From Rhizobacter sp. (GTDB lineage: Bacteria; Pseudomonadota; Gammaproteobacteria; Burkholderiales; Burkholderiaceae_C), in NCBI GenBank assembly GCA_025360945.1, contig JANYBE010000136.1:1-33347 (forward strand): DNA of 33,347 nt, in the 5' to 3' direction. The notes beneath the pieces were generated by a model, which had not been told where the DNA came from, did not search any database, and saw only the letters and a program-made list of their open reading frames with translations. This document shows, in pieces, positions 1-8,169 of the stretch. The position numbers were made by a program, and so were the translations under genes. Every line of letters begins with the position of its first letter. Position 1 is the stretch's first letter.

Positions 1-126
1 TTCCAGGCCGCCAAGCGCCGCGCTCGCGGCTTCACTCGTTTGTCCACCATCAAGACCGTCATCTTCCTGATCGTCGGAAAACTCGACTTCCACGCTATCA
101 ATCCTCACGCCCGGCAACCCACTTGA
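1..126 (+). CDS. ISL3-family transposase, C-terminal fragment (5' part outside the window)
   Basis: Manual translation FQAAKRRARGFTRLSTIKTVIFLIVGKLDFHAINPHARQPT* resembles the 'AAKR.ARG...IFL..GKLDF' tail of ISL3 transposases. Not in the ORF track. Confidence 0.85.
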   Translation, partial: FQAAKRRARGFTRLSTIKTVIFLIVGKLDFHAINPHARQPT

Positions 127-140
127 AATTCAACAGAGCC
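1..140 (+). mobile_element. Right end of an ISL3-family insertion sequence (transposase 3' end plus right inverted repeat)
   Basis: Frame 1 from base 1 gives an ISL3-type transposase C-terminus. It is followed by ...TTGAAATTCAACAGAGCC ending at 140, whose reverse complement starts GGCTCTG, the typical ISL3 terminus. The AT-rich 8-mer ATAAAACA (141-148) is a candidate target duplication. Confidence 0.85.
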
Positions 141-416
141 ATAAAACAGGGCGAGCGCCTGATGACGATGATCGGCGTGGCTGTGGCCAAGCTCGACAAG
201 CCGGATGTGCTGATCCCGGCGCTGCAAGGACTGGGGCAGCGCCACATGGGCTACGGCGTGCGCGATGCGCACTACGACAGCGTCGGGGTCGCGTTGCTGA
301 AGACGCTGCGCCAGGGCCTGGGCGTGGCATTCACCGACGAGGTCGAAGCGGCTTGGATCGCCGTGTACGGCGAGATCGCCTCGAGGATGAAAGAAGCCGC
401 GAAGGTCCCTGCCTGA
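141..416 (+). pseudogene. Single-domain globin, 3' portion (interrupted by ISL3)
   Basis: IKQGERLMTMIGVAVAKLD...LQGLGQRHMGYGVRDAHYDSVGVALLKTLRQGLG.AFTDEVEAAWIAVY matches globin helices E-H with proximal His (RHxxYGV). Helices A-D are absent and the sequence abuts the IS end. Confidence 0.8.
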
Positions 417-425
417 TCTCGAGGT

Positions 426-893
426 TCAGGCCGCGATGAACTTCAGCGCAACGCCGTTGTTGCAGTAGCGTTTGCCCGTCGGTGCCGGCCCGTCGTTGAA
501 GACATGGCCCTGGTGGCCTTCGCAGCGTGCACAGTGGTACTCGGTGCGCGGCACGAACAGCTTGAAGTCGGTCTTCGCGACGACTGCGCCCGGCACCGAC
601 GTGAAGAAGCTCGGCCAGCCGGTACCGCTCTCGAACTTGGTCTCGCTGGCGAACAGTGGCAGGTCACAGCCGGCGCAGTGAAAGCGGCCCTTGCGGTGCT
701 CGTCGTTCAGCGGGCTGGTGCCGGCGCGTTCGGTGCCTTCGTCGCGCAACACGTCATAGGCCGCCGGGCTGAGTCGCTTTTTCCATTCGGCGTCGCTCAG
801 GCGCAGGGCTTCAATGGCGCTGCCTTGCGCCTGCGAGCGCCTCGGTGCGAGCACCAGCGCAGAAAGAGTGGCAAGAAAGGGGCGGCGGGTCAT
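426..893 (-). CDS. msrB: Peptide-methionine (R)-S-oxide reductase with twin-arginine signal
   Basis: KFESGTGWPSF, two CxxC Zn motifs (CAGC, CARC), GHVFNDGP, RYCNN; N-terminal TRRPFL. Confidence 0.95.
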   Translation of the reverse strand: MTRRPFLATLSALVLAPRRSQAQGSAIEALRLSDAEWKKRLSPAAYDVLRDEGTERAGTSPLNDEHRKGRFHCAGCDLPLFASETKFESGTGWPSFFTSVPGAVVAKTDFKLFVPRTEYHCARCEGHQGHVFNDGPAPTGKRYCNNGVALKFIAA

Positions 894-949
894 CGGGTGG
901 CCTTATGTAGAGTTGTTGGCTGTGATGCTGCGTCAAATCTTTCCGCCGG

Positions 950-2101
950 TCAGGATCGCGGCCAAAGCACCCACAGTTTCAGTGGCTGTTTCATGCGGCC
1001 CGCCTGCGCCTCGGCGTCCGGGCCCCAGCCCCAGAAGTAGTCGGCCCGCACCGCGCCGGTGATCGCGCTGCCGGTGTCCTGTGCCATCACGAGGCGGCGC
1101 AGCTTTGTTTCCGACAGCGGTTCGGTGCTGTCCAGCCACACCGGCGTGCCGTACGGGATGCTCTGTGCGTCGACCGCGATGGAGCGGCCCGGCGTCAGCG
1201 GCGCGCCCTGCGCGCCCTTGGGTCCGAGCTGGGGATCGGGCAGAGGCTCTTCGCGGAAAAACACGACTCGCGGGTTGCTCCACAGCAGCTCGTTGAGGCG
1301 CTTCGGGTTGGCGCGCGCCCAGGCCTTGATGCCAGGCCACGAGGCCTGCGCGGGCGTCAGCTCGCCCTGATCGATGAGCCAGCGGCCGACCGATTTGTAG
1401 GGCTGCTCGTTGTGCGCCGCGAAGGCCAGGCGCACCAGCTTGCGGCTGCCGTCGGGCTCGGCGAGGTTGAGTCGGCCCGAGCCCTGGATCTGCAGGATCA
1501 GCAGGTCAAGGGGATCGGCGACATACGCAATCGGACGGCCGCGCAGCGCCGCCTGCGAGATGGGCAGCGTGTCGAGCTGCTGGCGCGTGAAATAGGGCTT
1601 GCGTGTCGCGAGTTCGAATGGTGGCGCATACAGTGCGATGCGCATATCGGGACGCGGGCTGCGAGAGGCCTCGACGAGGGGCTCGAAGTAGCCGGTGATG
1701 AGACCCTCGCTCACACCGTCTAGCGATTCGACGCGGTAGGCCTGCAAGCGCTGTTGAAGCCACACGCGCGCGCCATCGTCGCTGAAGCCCGGCAGCGTCG
1801 CGCTGCGGGCCTGCGCGCACACGTTGGCCCACCCCGGTGCGGGCCGTTCGCAGCCGCGCAGCAGCGCGGGCCAGAGTTCGCTCGCGCGGTCGGTGTCCCA
1901 GCCCGGCAGGTCGGCAAAGCGCACCGGCACCCAGCGGGCACGGGCACGCTGCAGCGTGCCTTCGGTCATCTCGATCGCGGCCGACTTTTCTTCGACCGGC
2001 GCACTCGGCAGCAGCAGCTGCGGGCTGGAGCACGAGCCCAGCAACCCTAGAATCGCGGCCGGCCCTGCAACGCAGGCCCATCGCCGAAGGACGTTCAACA
2101 T
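950..2101 (-). CDS. mltA: Membrane-bound lytic murein transglycosylase A (lipoprotein)
   Basis: Lipobox LGSC; ITGYFEP, LQIQGSGR, SIAVD, AQDTGSAITG, RADYFWGWG (MltA plus 3D domain). Confidence 0.93.
   Translation of the reverse strand: MLNVLRRWACVAGPAAILGLLGSCSSPQLLLPSAPVEEKSAAIEMTEGTLQRARARWVPVRFADLPGWDTDRASELWPALLRGCERPAPGWANVCAQARSATLPGFSDDGARVWLQQRLQAYRVESLDGVSEGLITGYFEPLVEASRSPRPDMRIALYAPPFELATRKPYFTRQQLDTLPISQAALRGRPIAYVADPLDLLILQIQGSGRLNLAEPDGSRKLVRLAFAAHNEQPYKSVGRWLIDQGELTPAQASWPGIKAWARANPKRLNELLWSNPRVVFFREEPLPDPQLGPKGAQGAPLTPGRSIAVDAQSIPYGTPVWLDSTEPLSETKLRRLVMAQDTGSAITGAVRADYFWGWGPDAEAQAGRMKQPLKLWVLWPRS
2048..2053 (+). promoter_or_regulatory. Candidate sigma70 -10 box (TAGAAT) for the small ORF at 2100
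   Basis: TAGAAT lies inside the mltA signal-peptide coding region, about 46 nt upstream of ATG 2100; the same hexamer precedes rpe. Confidence 0.4.
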
Positions 2102-2207
2102 GTGGATACTTTTCCTGGAAGCATTCGGCGCGATGCTGCTGCTGATTCTGATCGTCTGGTGGACGATGTTTCACGGCCGCAAGAAGGGTGAGCGGGACGA
2201 CTCTTAG
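2100..2207 (+). CDS. 35-aa single-pass small membrane protein (MWILFLEAFGAMLLLILIVWWTMFHGRKKGERDDS)
   Basis: ATG at 2100 preceded by GAAGGA; one hydrophobic helix followed by a basic RKK tail; fills the gap between two minus-strand genes exactly. Confidence 0.65.
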   Translation: MWILFLEAFGAMLLLILIVWWTMFHGRKKGERDDS

Positions 2208-4207
2208 GCCGACATGTCCTTGCCGGGCCAGATGAACGACAGCGGCATGCGCCATAGCCGCAGGCGGATCGCGCGGTAGATGCGGCTGCGATCGGCGAGC
2301 CGGATCCCGCGCGAGCGCAGCGCGACGCGAAAAGCCATCAGGAAACTCACCGTGAGGTTGAGCACCGCCGTCACCGCGATGCCCGCAACGCACCACCAGA
2401 ATGCGCTGTGGCGCAGCAGCTGGAAACCCTCTGTGCCAACCGCCGCAGCAAGCTGACCGGTCGAAAGTGTGACGTGTCGCACCTCGATTGGCAGGCCGAA
2501 AAACAGCGCTACCACCGGCACCACGCCGAGCAGCATGCCCAGTGAAATGTTGGCCGCGAAGCCCGAGATGTTGGCGCGCCAGTAAATGCCCCAGCGTCGC
2601 GCGCGTGCCGCACCGAGTCTGGCGACGATGCGCGGGTTCCAGGTGATCGCGCTGTCGATGCGGTGCCAGACGAACCAGTTCTCGACCCAGCCCGCGATCA
2701 GCGAGCTTGCGAACAGCAGCACGCCGGTGAACGCGGCAAAAAGCGCCGTCGGCCCGAGCAGCGTGATCGACTCCAGCACATGCTCGGCCGAGTGATGGTC
2801 AATCAGCGGCGCACCGAACACGAACCGGGAACCGGCCTGCACCACCAGCACAACGGGCACGACCGCCGCGAGGTTGCCGAAGATGCCGGCGGCCTGCGAG
2901 CGGATCAGGTGGGCGACCTCGTCAACGAAGCCTTCGACGGCCGCATCGTCCGCCACATCGGCGAGCTTCTCGGCCATTGCCGGTGCAGTCATCGCTGGTT
3001 GCTTCGTCGCGACCGTGAAGTGCAGCAGCTGCACGAGCACGAAGCTCGCCGCGTAGTTGACGCCGGCCCACCAGCCGCCCCAGAACGCAGACAGCGGTAT
3101 CGCCAGCAGCGCAAACTTGATGAAGGTCGTGGCCGCGAGCACCGCACCGCCGCCCGCCGCGGCGCCCAGCATCCGGCGGTACTCGGCGAAGTCGCGCGTT
3201 ATGTAGTGCTCGCCCGTCTCAGCGCTGCGTTCGGCGACCTTGCGCGCGAGCAGCGAGTAGTGCTGCGCGAGCAGCGTGCGAACGCTACGGCGCTCGTCGG
3301 CCGTCTGCACCAGATCGGCCATCAGCCGGGCGATCTCGCGCTCCGGCTCGGGGCTGATCACGCAGGTCAGCAAGGCGTCGATGCGGTGCGTGCGCTCGCG
3401 CAGCTGGTCGACTTCGAACACGACGTTGACCGAGACGCCATGCGCCTCGAGGTGCTCGTGCACGCTGTCGGCGCACTGGCGACAGGTGTCGAGCAACGCG
3501 CGCAGGTACTGCGCCTGCTGCAGCAGCGTTGCTTCGCCGGTCTCGCTCGCTGCCCGGGCGCGGTCACCGAGCTGCTCGGCGACGTGCGCGAGCTGGCGAA
3601 ATGGTCTATCCACGAGCAGCTCGGGGCTCATGCGCTGGCGGATTGCGGGCGAGAACGCCGACGCGCGCACCGCGCTGGCGAGGAACACGATGGCGTCGAG
3701 GAAGGGCCCGCGCCAGGAGCTGTCCTGATGTGCGGGCGCGATCCGATCTCGCAGGCGCGCCAGCGTCTCGGCGTCGATGGCGCGCAGCCAGTCGGCATCG
3801 TCCTTCTCGGGAAACAGCAGCGCGAACAGTTCACCGAGGTCGGTGGTCGCCGGCGTCAGCGGCAGCACTCGCGCGCGCACCCGCCGGCTGAGCTCGCCCC
3901 ACAGGTCCATGCGCGGCGCGAAGCCGAAGTCGGCGAGCAGTGCGGCGTTGTCGACCTCGCTCCAGAAGCGGCGCAGCACCTCGCCGACGCGCGCCTGGTG
4001 TTCGGGGTGGCGGTCGAGCACGCCCAGCAGGTGCTTGAGGCGCAGCACCGGCGTCTTCGTGACCTGCGCGTCGCTTTCCACCGGGGCATGGCGCAACCAC
4101 TCCATCAGGCGGATCAGCCACAGGTGGCGTTCGGCGGTGTCCACCTTGGGGTCTGCCGCGTTCAGCAGCGCGGTCAGGTCCCAGGCCGAGACGTCGGTCT
4201 TGCCCAT
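2204..4207 (-). CDS. 'Site-specific recombinase' family (Gcr-like / SpecificRecomb) multi-pass membrane protein
   Basis: Motifs AETGEHYITR, NYAASFVLVQLLHFTVATKQPAMTA, EVRHVTLSTG; helical soluble N-half and several TM helices in the C-half. Confidence 0.85.
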   Translation of the reverse strand: MGKTDVSAWDLTALLNAADPKVDTAERHLWLIRLMEWLRHAPVESDAQVTKTPVLRLKHLLGVLDRHPEHQARVGEVLRRFWSEVDNAALLADFGFAPRMDLWGELSRRVRARVLPLTPATTDLGELFALLFPEKDDADWLRAIDAETLARLRDRIAPAHQDSSWRGPFLDAIVFLASAVRASAFSPAIRQRMSPELLVDRPFRQLAHVAEQLGDRARAASETGEATLLQQAQYLRALLDTCRQCADSVHEHLEAHGVSVNVVFEVDQLRERTHRIDALLTCVISPEPEREIARLMADLVQTADERRSVRTLLAQHYSLLARKVAERSAETGEHYITRDFAEYRRMLGAAAGGGAVLAATTFIKFALLAIPLSAFWGGWWAGVNYAASFVLVQLLHFTVATKQPAMTAPAMAEKLADVADDAAVEGFVDEVAHLIRSQAAGIFGNLAAVVPVVLVVQAGSRFVFGAPLIDHHSAEHVLESITLLGPTALFAAFTGVLLFASSLIAGWVENWFVWHRIDSAITWNPRIVARLGAARARRWGIYWRANISGFAANISLGMLLGVVPVVALFFGLPIEVRHVTLSTGQLAAAVGTEGFQLLRHSAFWWCVAGIAVTAVLNLTVSFLMAFRVALRSRGIRLADRSRIYRAIRLRLWRMPLSFIWPGKDMSA

Positions 4208-4211
4208 CCGC

Positions 4212-4586
4212 TCAATGCAGGGCCGATGCCAGCGTCAGGCCGAACTCATGAACCGGAGCATCGAAGGGCTGCGCGTCTTCGGTCATGCAGAAGAAGGTGC
4301 CGCGCATCGTGCCGTGCGGTGTTGCCAGGCGCACCCAGCTCGTGTACTCGAAGCTTTCGCCGAGCTTGAGCAGGGGCTGGTGGCCTACGACTGCGAGGCC
4401 GCGCACTTCGTCGGTGTGGCCGTTGGCATCTGTGATGATCCAGTGGCGCGCGATCAGCTGCGCGGTGACGTCCCCGCTGTTGCGGATCGTGATCGTGTAC
4501 GCAAACGCGTGCTGGCCGGTCTGCGTGTCGGACTGCTCCGGCAGGTGGCGCACGACGACAGTGCTGGTGAGTTCGGGATGGGACAT
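4212..4586 (-). CDS. apaG: ApaG (DUF525) protein
   Basis: From MSHPELT: FAYTITIRN, AQLIARHWIITD, EVRGLAVVGHQP, FEYTS. Start moved to ATG 4586 rather than the ORF-track start 4865. Confidence 0.93.
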   Translation of the reverse strand: MSHPELTSTVVVRHLPEQSDTQTGQHAFAYTITIRNSGDVTAQLIARHWIITDANGHTDEVRGLAVVGHQPLLKLGESFEYTSWVRLATPHGTMRGTFFCMTEDAQPFDAPVHEFGLTLASALH

Positions 4587-4621
4587 GCGGCGGATTCTGG
4601 CAGCAACTCCGGAGCCCCACC

Positions 4622-4627
4622 TAGAAT
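4622..4627 (+). promoter_or_regulatory. Candidate -10 box (TAGAAT) for rpe in the apaG/rpe divergent spacer
   Basis: TAGAAT 24 nt upstream of the rpe ATG in a 65-nt divergent intergenic region. Confidence 0.45.
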
Positions 4628-4651
4628 TCCGTTGAAACACAAGGTTCACCG

Positions 4652-5338
4652 ATGTCTGCACGCACCTACCGCATCGCCCCGAGCATTCTATCTGCCGATC
4701 TCGCGCGCCTCGGCGACGAGCTGCGCGACGTGATCGCGGCCGGCGCCGACTGGATCCACTTCGACGTGATGGACAACCATTACGTGCCCAACCTGAGCTT
4801 CGGGCCGATGATCTGCGAGTCGCTGCGCAAGCATGCCGCGCGCGCCGACGGCACGAAGGTGCCAATCGACGTGCACCTGATGGTGCAGCCGGTCGATGCG
4901 CTCGCGGTCGCGTTCGCCACGGCCGGCGCCGATCGCATCAGCTTTCATCCGGAGGCGAGCCAGCACGTGGACCGCACGCTGCAACTGATCCGCGCCGAGG
5001 GTTGCAGTGCCGGACTGGTGTTCAACCCGGCCTCATCGCTCGACGTGCTGGACTGGACCATCGACCAGCTCGACCTGATCCTCGTGATGAGCGTGAACCC
5101 CGGCTTCGGCGGGCAGAGCTTTATCCCCGGCGCACTGAAGAAGATCGCCGCGATCCGCGCGCGCATCGAAGCCAGCGGGCGCGACATCCGCCTCGAGGTT
5201 GACGGCGGCATCAAGACCGACAACATCCGCGCCGCGGCCGATGCCGGTGCGGATACCTTCGTCGCCGGCAGTGCGATCTTCGGCAAGCCGGATTACAGGG
5301 CCGTCATCGACGCGATGCGTGCGCGGCTCGCGGCCTGA
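4652..5338 (+). CDS. rpe: Ribulose-phosphate 3-epimerase
   Basis: [44 protein letters not shown]. Confidence 0.97.
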   Translation: MSARTYRIAPSILSADLARLGDELRDVIAAGADWIHFDVMDNHYVPNLSFGPMICESLRKHAARADGTKVPIDVHLMVQPVDALAVAFATAGADRISFHPEASQHVDRTLQLIRAEGCSAGLVFNPASSLDVLDWTIDQLDLILVMSVNPGFGGQSFIPGALKKIAAIRARIEASGRDIRLEVDGGIKTDNIRAAADAGADTFVAGSAIFGKPDYRAVIDAMRARLAA

Positions 5339-5342
5339 GCCT

Positions 5343-5752
5343 TCACAACGCAGCCAGCTTCTCGTCGCGCAGGCCGACCAGCACCGCCTCGCCCGATCCA
5401 CGATCGACGCGGAATTCGCCGTAGCGCGCGCCGTTGAAACGCTCGGCCGTGCCCTTTTCGAAGAAGAAAGCGTTGGTGTCGAGCCAGACATGTATCCGTT
5501 GCGGATGCGGTAACGCAGCTGCATCGACGGCGCCGCGCCACTGCCGGCGAGGCGCGCGAGGCGCGCGAGGCGATTGTCGATCTCGTTGCGCCGTTCGATG
5601 TCGCGCGCCAGCGCGAAACGCAGCGCCATGTAGTCACCCTGGATCAGCGAGCGTGGATTGATCGGTGTCAGCGGCAGGTCGAGGAGGTCGCCGCTGCGCT
5701 TGATGAGCTCCTTGCCGACGATCGCGACGTTCAGCGCGCCCAGCGCGAGCGC
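5343..5752 (-). pseudogene. GDYXXLXY-domain protein, 5'-truncated and frameshifted
   Basis: Manual minus-strand translation ALALGALNVAIVGKE...LPLTPINPRSLIQGDYMALRF...LRYRIRNG, frameshift near 5490, then VWLDTNAFFFEKGTAERFNGARYGEFRVDRGSGEAVLVGLRDEKLAAL* (stop 5343-5345). No ATG/GTG/TTG between the upstream in-frame stop and the membrane anchor. Confidence 0.8.
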
Positions 5753-5825
5753 CTCTACGGGAATAGCCGGCCGCGCCCGAGGGTATCGTGGGGCGACGCG
5801 GCTGCGCCTGCGTCACACTCTCGGA

Positions 5826-6866
5826 ATGGCAGAACAGCACACCCACCACACCCACAACACCCACAACACCCACCACGCGCATGGCGACCACGCCGGGCAC
5901 GCCGGGCACGACCATGCGGACCACCACGGGCACGACCATGGTCATCCGCGTGGTCACGACCACGGCGCGGGTCATGCGCACCACCACCACCACCACGTGC
6001 CGGCGAGTTTCGACCGCGCATTCGCGATCGGCATCACCGTCAACATCCTGTTCGTGGCGATCGAGGCCTTCTACGGCTGGAAGGTCAACTCGCTCGCGCT
6101 GCTGGCAGACGCCGGCCACAACCTCGGCGATGTCGCGGGGCTGGTGCTCGCCTGGGGCGGCGCGCTGGCCGGCAAGCTGCGGCCCGACGCACGCTACACC
6201 TACGGCTGGAAGCGCGCGTCCATCCTCGCGGCGTTCGCCAACGCGGGGCTGTTGCTCGTCGCGATGGGCTCGCTCGCCTGGGAAGCGATCGGCCGCCTGA
6301 GCGCCCCCGAGGCCACGCAGGGCTGGACGGTGATGATCGTCGCCGGCATCGGCATCTTCGTGAACCTGGGCACCGCCTTGCTCTTCATGCGCGGCCGCGA
6401 CGACGACCTGAACATCCGTGGCGCGTACCTGCACATGGCGAGCGACGCGATCGTCTCGGCAGGTGTGGTCGTCGTCGGCGGGCTGTCGCTGTGGCTGGGC
6501 TGGGCCTGGCTCGACCCGGTCGCGAGCCTGGTGATCGCGCTGGTGATCGTCGTCGGCACCTGGGGCCTGCTGCGCCAGTCGATGCGCCTGATGTTCGATG
6601 GCGTGCCTGAGCACATCGACCTGATCGCGGTACGCCGCCAGCTCGAGGCGCTCCCCGGGGTGGACCGAGTCCACGACCTGCACGTGTGGGCGACGGGCAC
6701 CGCTGACGTGATTCTCACCGCGCACCTCGTGATGCCGAGCGGCCACCCCGACGACCGCTTCTTCGAGACCGCGACACACCAGCTGCGCGACCAGTTCAAG
6801 ATCGGTCACGTGACGTTGCAGGTGTTGCGCGAACCGTTCATGACGCTGTGCGAAGGCGATCAATGA
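5826..6866 (+). CDS. Cation diffusion facilitator (CzcD/ZitB-like Zn/Co/Cd exporter) with His-rich N-terminus
   Basis: SLALLADAGHNLGD (TM2 HxxxD), NIRGAYLHMASD (TM5 HxxxD), VHDLHVW, HVTLQ; start set at ATG 5826 (MAEQH). Confidence 0.92.
   Translation: MAEQHTHHTHNTHNTHHAHGDHAGHAGHDHADHHGHDHGHPRGHDHGAGHAHHHHHHVPASFDRAFAIGITVNILFVAIEAFYGWKVNSLALLADAGHNLGDVAGLVLAWGGALAGKLRPDARYTYGWKRASILAAFANAGLLLVAMGSLAWEAIGRLSAPEATQGWTVMIVAGIGIFVNLGTALLFMRGRDDDLNIRGAYLHMASDAIVSAGVVVVGGLSLWLGWAWLDPVASLVIALVIVVGTWGLLRQSMRLMFDGVPEHIDLIAVRRQLEALPGVDRVHDLHVWATGTADVILTAHLVMPSGHPDDRFFETATHQLRDQFKIGHVTLQVLREPFMTLCEGDQ
5838..5996 (+). repeat. Low-complexity His-codon repeats (9-bp CACACCCAC/AACACCCAC units, CACGCCGGG x2, (CAC)6)
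   Basis: Directly visible tandem units encoding HTHHTHNTHNTHH...HAGHAGH...HHHHHH. Confidence 0.8.
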
Positions 6867-7810
6867 AGTTCCAGGACTACTACCAGACGCTCGGCGTCGC
6901 GCGCGATGCGACGCCAGAGGTCATCAAGCAGGCCTACCGCAAGCTCGCACGCAAGTACCACCCGGACCTTAGCAAGGCGCCCGACGCCGAGGCGCGCTTC
7001 AAGGAGATCGGCGAAGCTAACGAGGTGCTGAAGGACCCCGAGAAACGCGCGGCCTACGACGCCGTCGGCACGCAACAGGCCGGCCGCTCCGGCGACTTCC
7101 AGCCGCCCCCGGGCTGGGATGCCGGCTTTGAGTTCAGCGGCCGCGGCGACGACGGTGCGACCGCGCAGGACCACAGCGACTTCTTCGAAGCGCTGTTCGG
7201 TCGGGCGGCGCGCGGCGCGGGTGCCCGGCGCACGAACATGCGCATGCCGGGGCAGGATCATCACGCCAAGGTTCTGATCGACCTCGAGGATGCGTACCAA
7301 GGCGCGCAACGCAGTATCTCGCTGCGCATGCCCGCACTGGACGCGGATGGCCAGGGCGTGATGCGGGAGCGCACGCTGACGATCACGGTCCCGAAAGGCA
7401 TTCGCGAAGGCCAGCACCTGCGTCTTGCGGGCCAGGGCGGCCCTGGCCTGGGAGACGGCCCGGCCGGCGATCTGTTCTTGGAGATCGAGTTCAACACGCA
7501 CCGGCTGTACCGCGTCGACGGGCGCGATGTCTACGTCGACCTGCCGCTCGCGCCGTGGGAGGCCGCACTCGGTGCGAGCGTGAGCGTGCCGACGCCCGAC
7601 GGCGAGGTCGAGCTGACGATCCCGCCCGGTTCGGCCGCGGGCCGCAAGCTGCGGCTCAAGGGCAAGGGCATTCCCGGCGCGGCGGCGGGCGATCTCTACG
7701 TCGTGCTGGCTATCGCGCTGCCGCCAGCCGGCACCGAGGCCGGCAAGCGCGCGTACGAAGCGTTTAAGGCCGCTACCGATTTCGATCCGCGCGCGTCGAT
7801 GAAAGGATGA
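6863..7810 (+). CDS. cbpA: DnaJ-class curved-DNA-binding co-chaperone
   Basis: MKFQDYYQTLGV J-domain with HPD, DHSDFFEALFG, DnaJ_C, no Zn finger; ATGA overlap with the CDF stop; followed by cbpM. Confidence 0.92.
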   Translation: MKFQDYYQTLGVARDATPEVIKQAYRKLARKYHPDLSKAPDAEARFKEIGEANEVLKDPEKRAAYDAVGTQQAGRSGDFQPPPGWDAGFEFSGRGDDGATAQDHSDFFEALFGRAARGAGARRTNMRMPGQDHHAKVLIDLEDAYQGAQRSISLRMPALDADGQGVMRERTLTITVPKGIREGQHLRLAGQGGPGLGDGPAGDLFLEIEFNTHRLYRVDGRDVYVDLPLAPWEAALGASVSVPTPDGEVELTIPPGSAAGRKLRLKGKGIPGAAAGDLYVVLAIALPPAGTEAGKRAYEAFKAATDFDPRASMKG

Positions 7811-8121
7811 GACCGATGAGCCACGACACCACCATCGATATCGTCGAAGAGGACCTGCAACTGAGCCTGGTCGAACTCTGCCGCGCGTGCGGTGCGCACG
7901 AAGAGCAGCTGCGCGTGTGGGTTGTCGAGGGTGTGCTCGCGCCGAGCGGTCAGACTCCGCACGAATGGCGTTTCGCGGGTGCTTCGCTGCGGCGCGCGCG
8001 GTTAGCGCTGACGCTGACACGCGAACTCGAGATCAATGCGCCTGGCGTTGCGCTCGCGCTCGACCTGCTGGACGAGATCGATGCGTTGAAGGCGAGCCTG
8101 CGGCGTGCCGGAACACGCTAG
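7807..8121 (+). CDS. cbpM: Chaperone modulator CbpM (MerR-like)
   Basis: LSLVELCRAC, VVEGVLAP, WRFAG, LTRELEINAPGVALALDLLDEIDAL; directly downstream of cbpA. Start may be 7816. Confidence 0.9.
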   Translation: MRPMSHDTTIDIVEEDLQLSLVELCRACGAHEEQLRVWVVEGVLAPSGQTPHEWRFAGASLRRARLALTLTRELEINAPGVALALDLLDEIDALKASLRRAGTR

Positions 8122-8169
8122 CTTTGGTGTCGAACCTAGCGTGAATTAGTGAATCACCATAGTGAGGTC

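Noticed and set aside
123-416. 97-aa ORF as an intact small globin
   Set aside because: Its first six codons (MKFNRA) are the IS inverted repeat and helices A-D are missing.
2204-4207. Evidence for a mobile element or invertible segment from the 'recombinase' name
   Set aside because: No catalytic recombinase motifs or flanking inverted/att repeats were seen, and the context is housekeeping.
5033-5629. 198-aa minus-strand ORF as a real gene
   Set aside because: Only its first ~46 codons belong to the GDYXXLXY remnant; after the frameshift it runs antisense through rpe.
5838-5996. CRISPR-like or non-coding repeat array
   Set aside because: Units are 3-9 bp, in frame, without spacers, and encode the CDF His tail; no cas genes are in the window.
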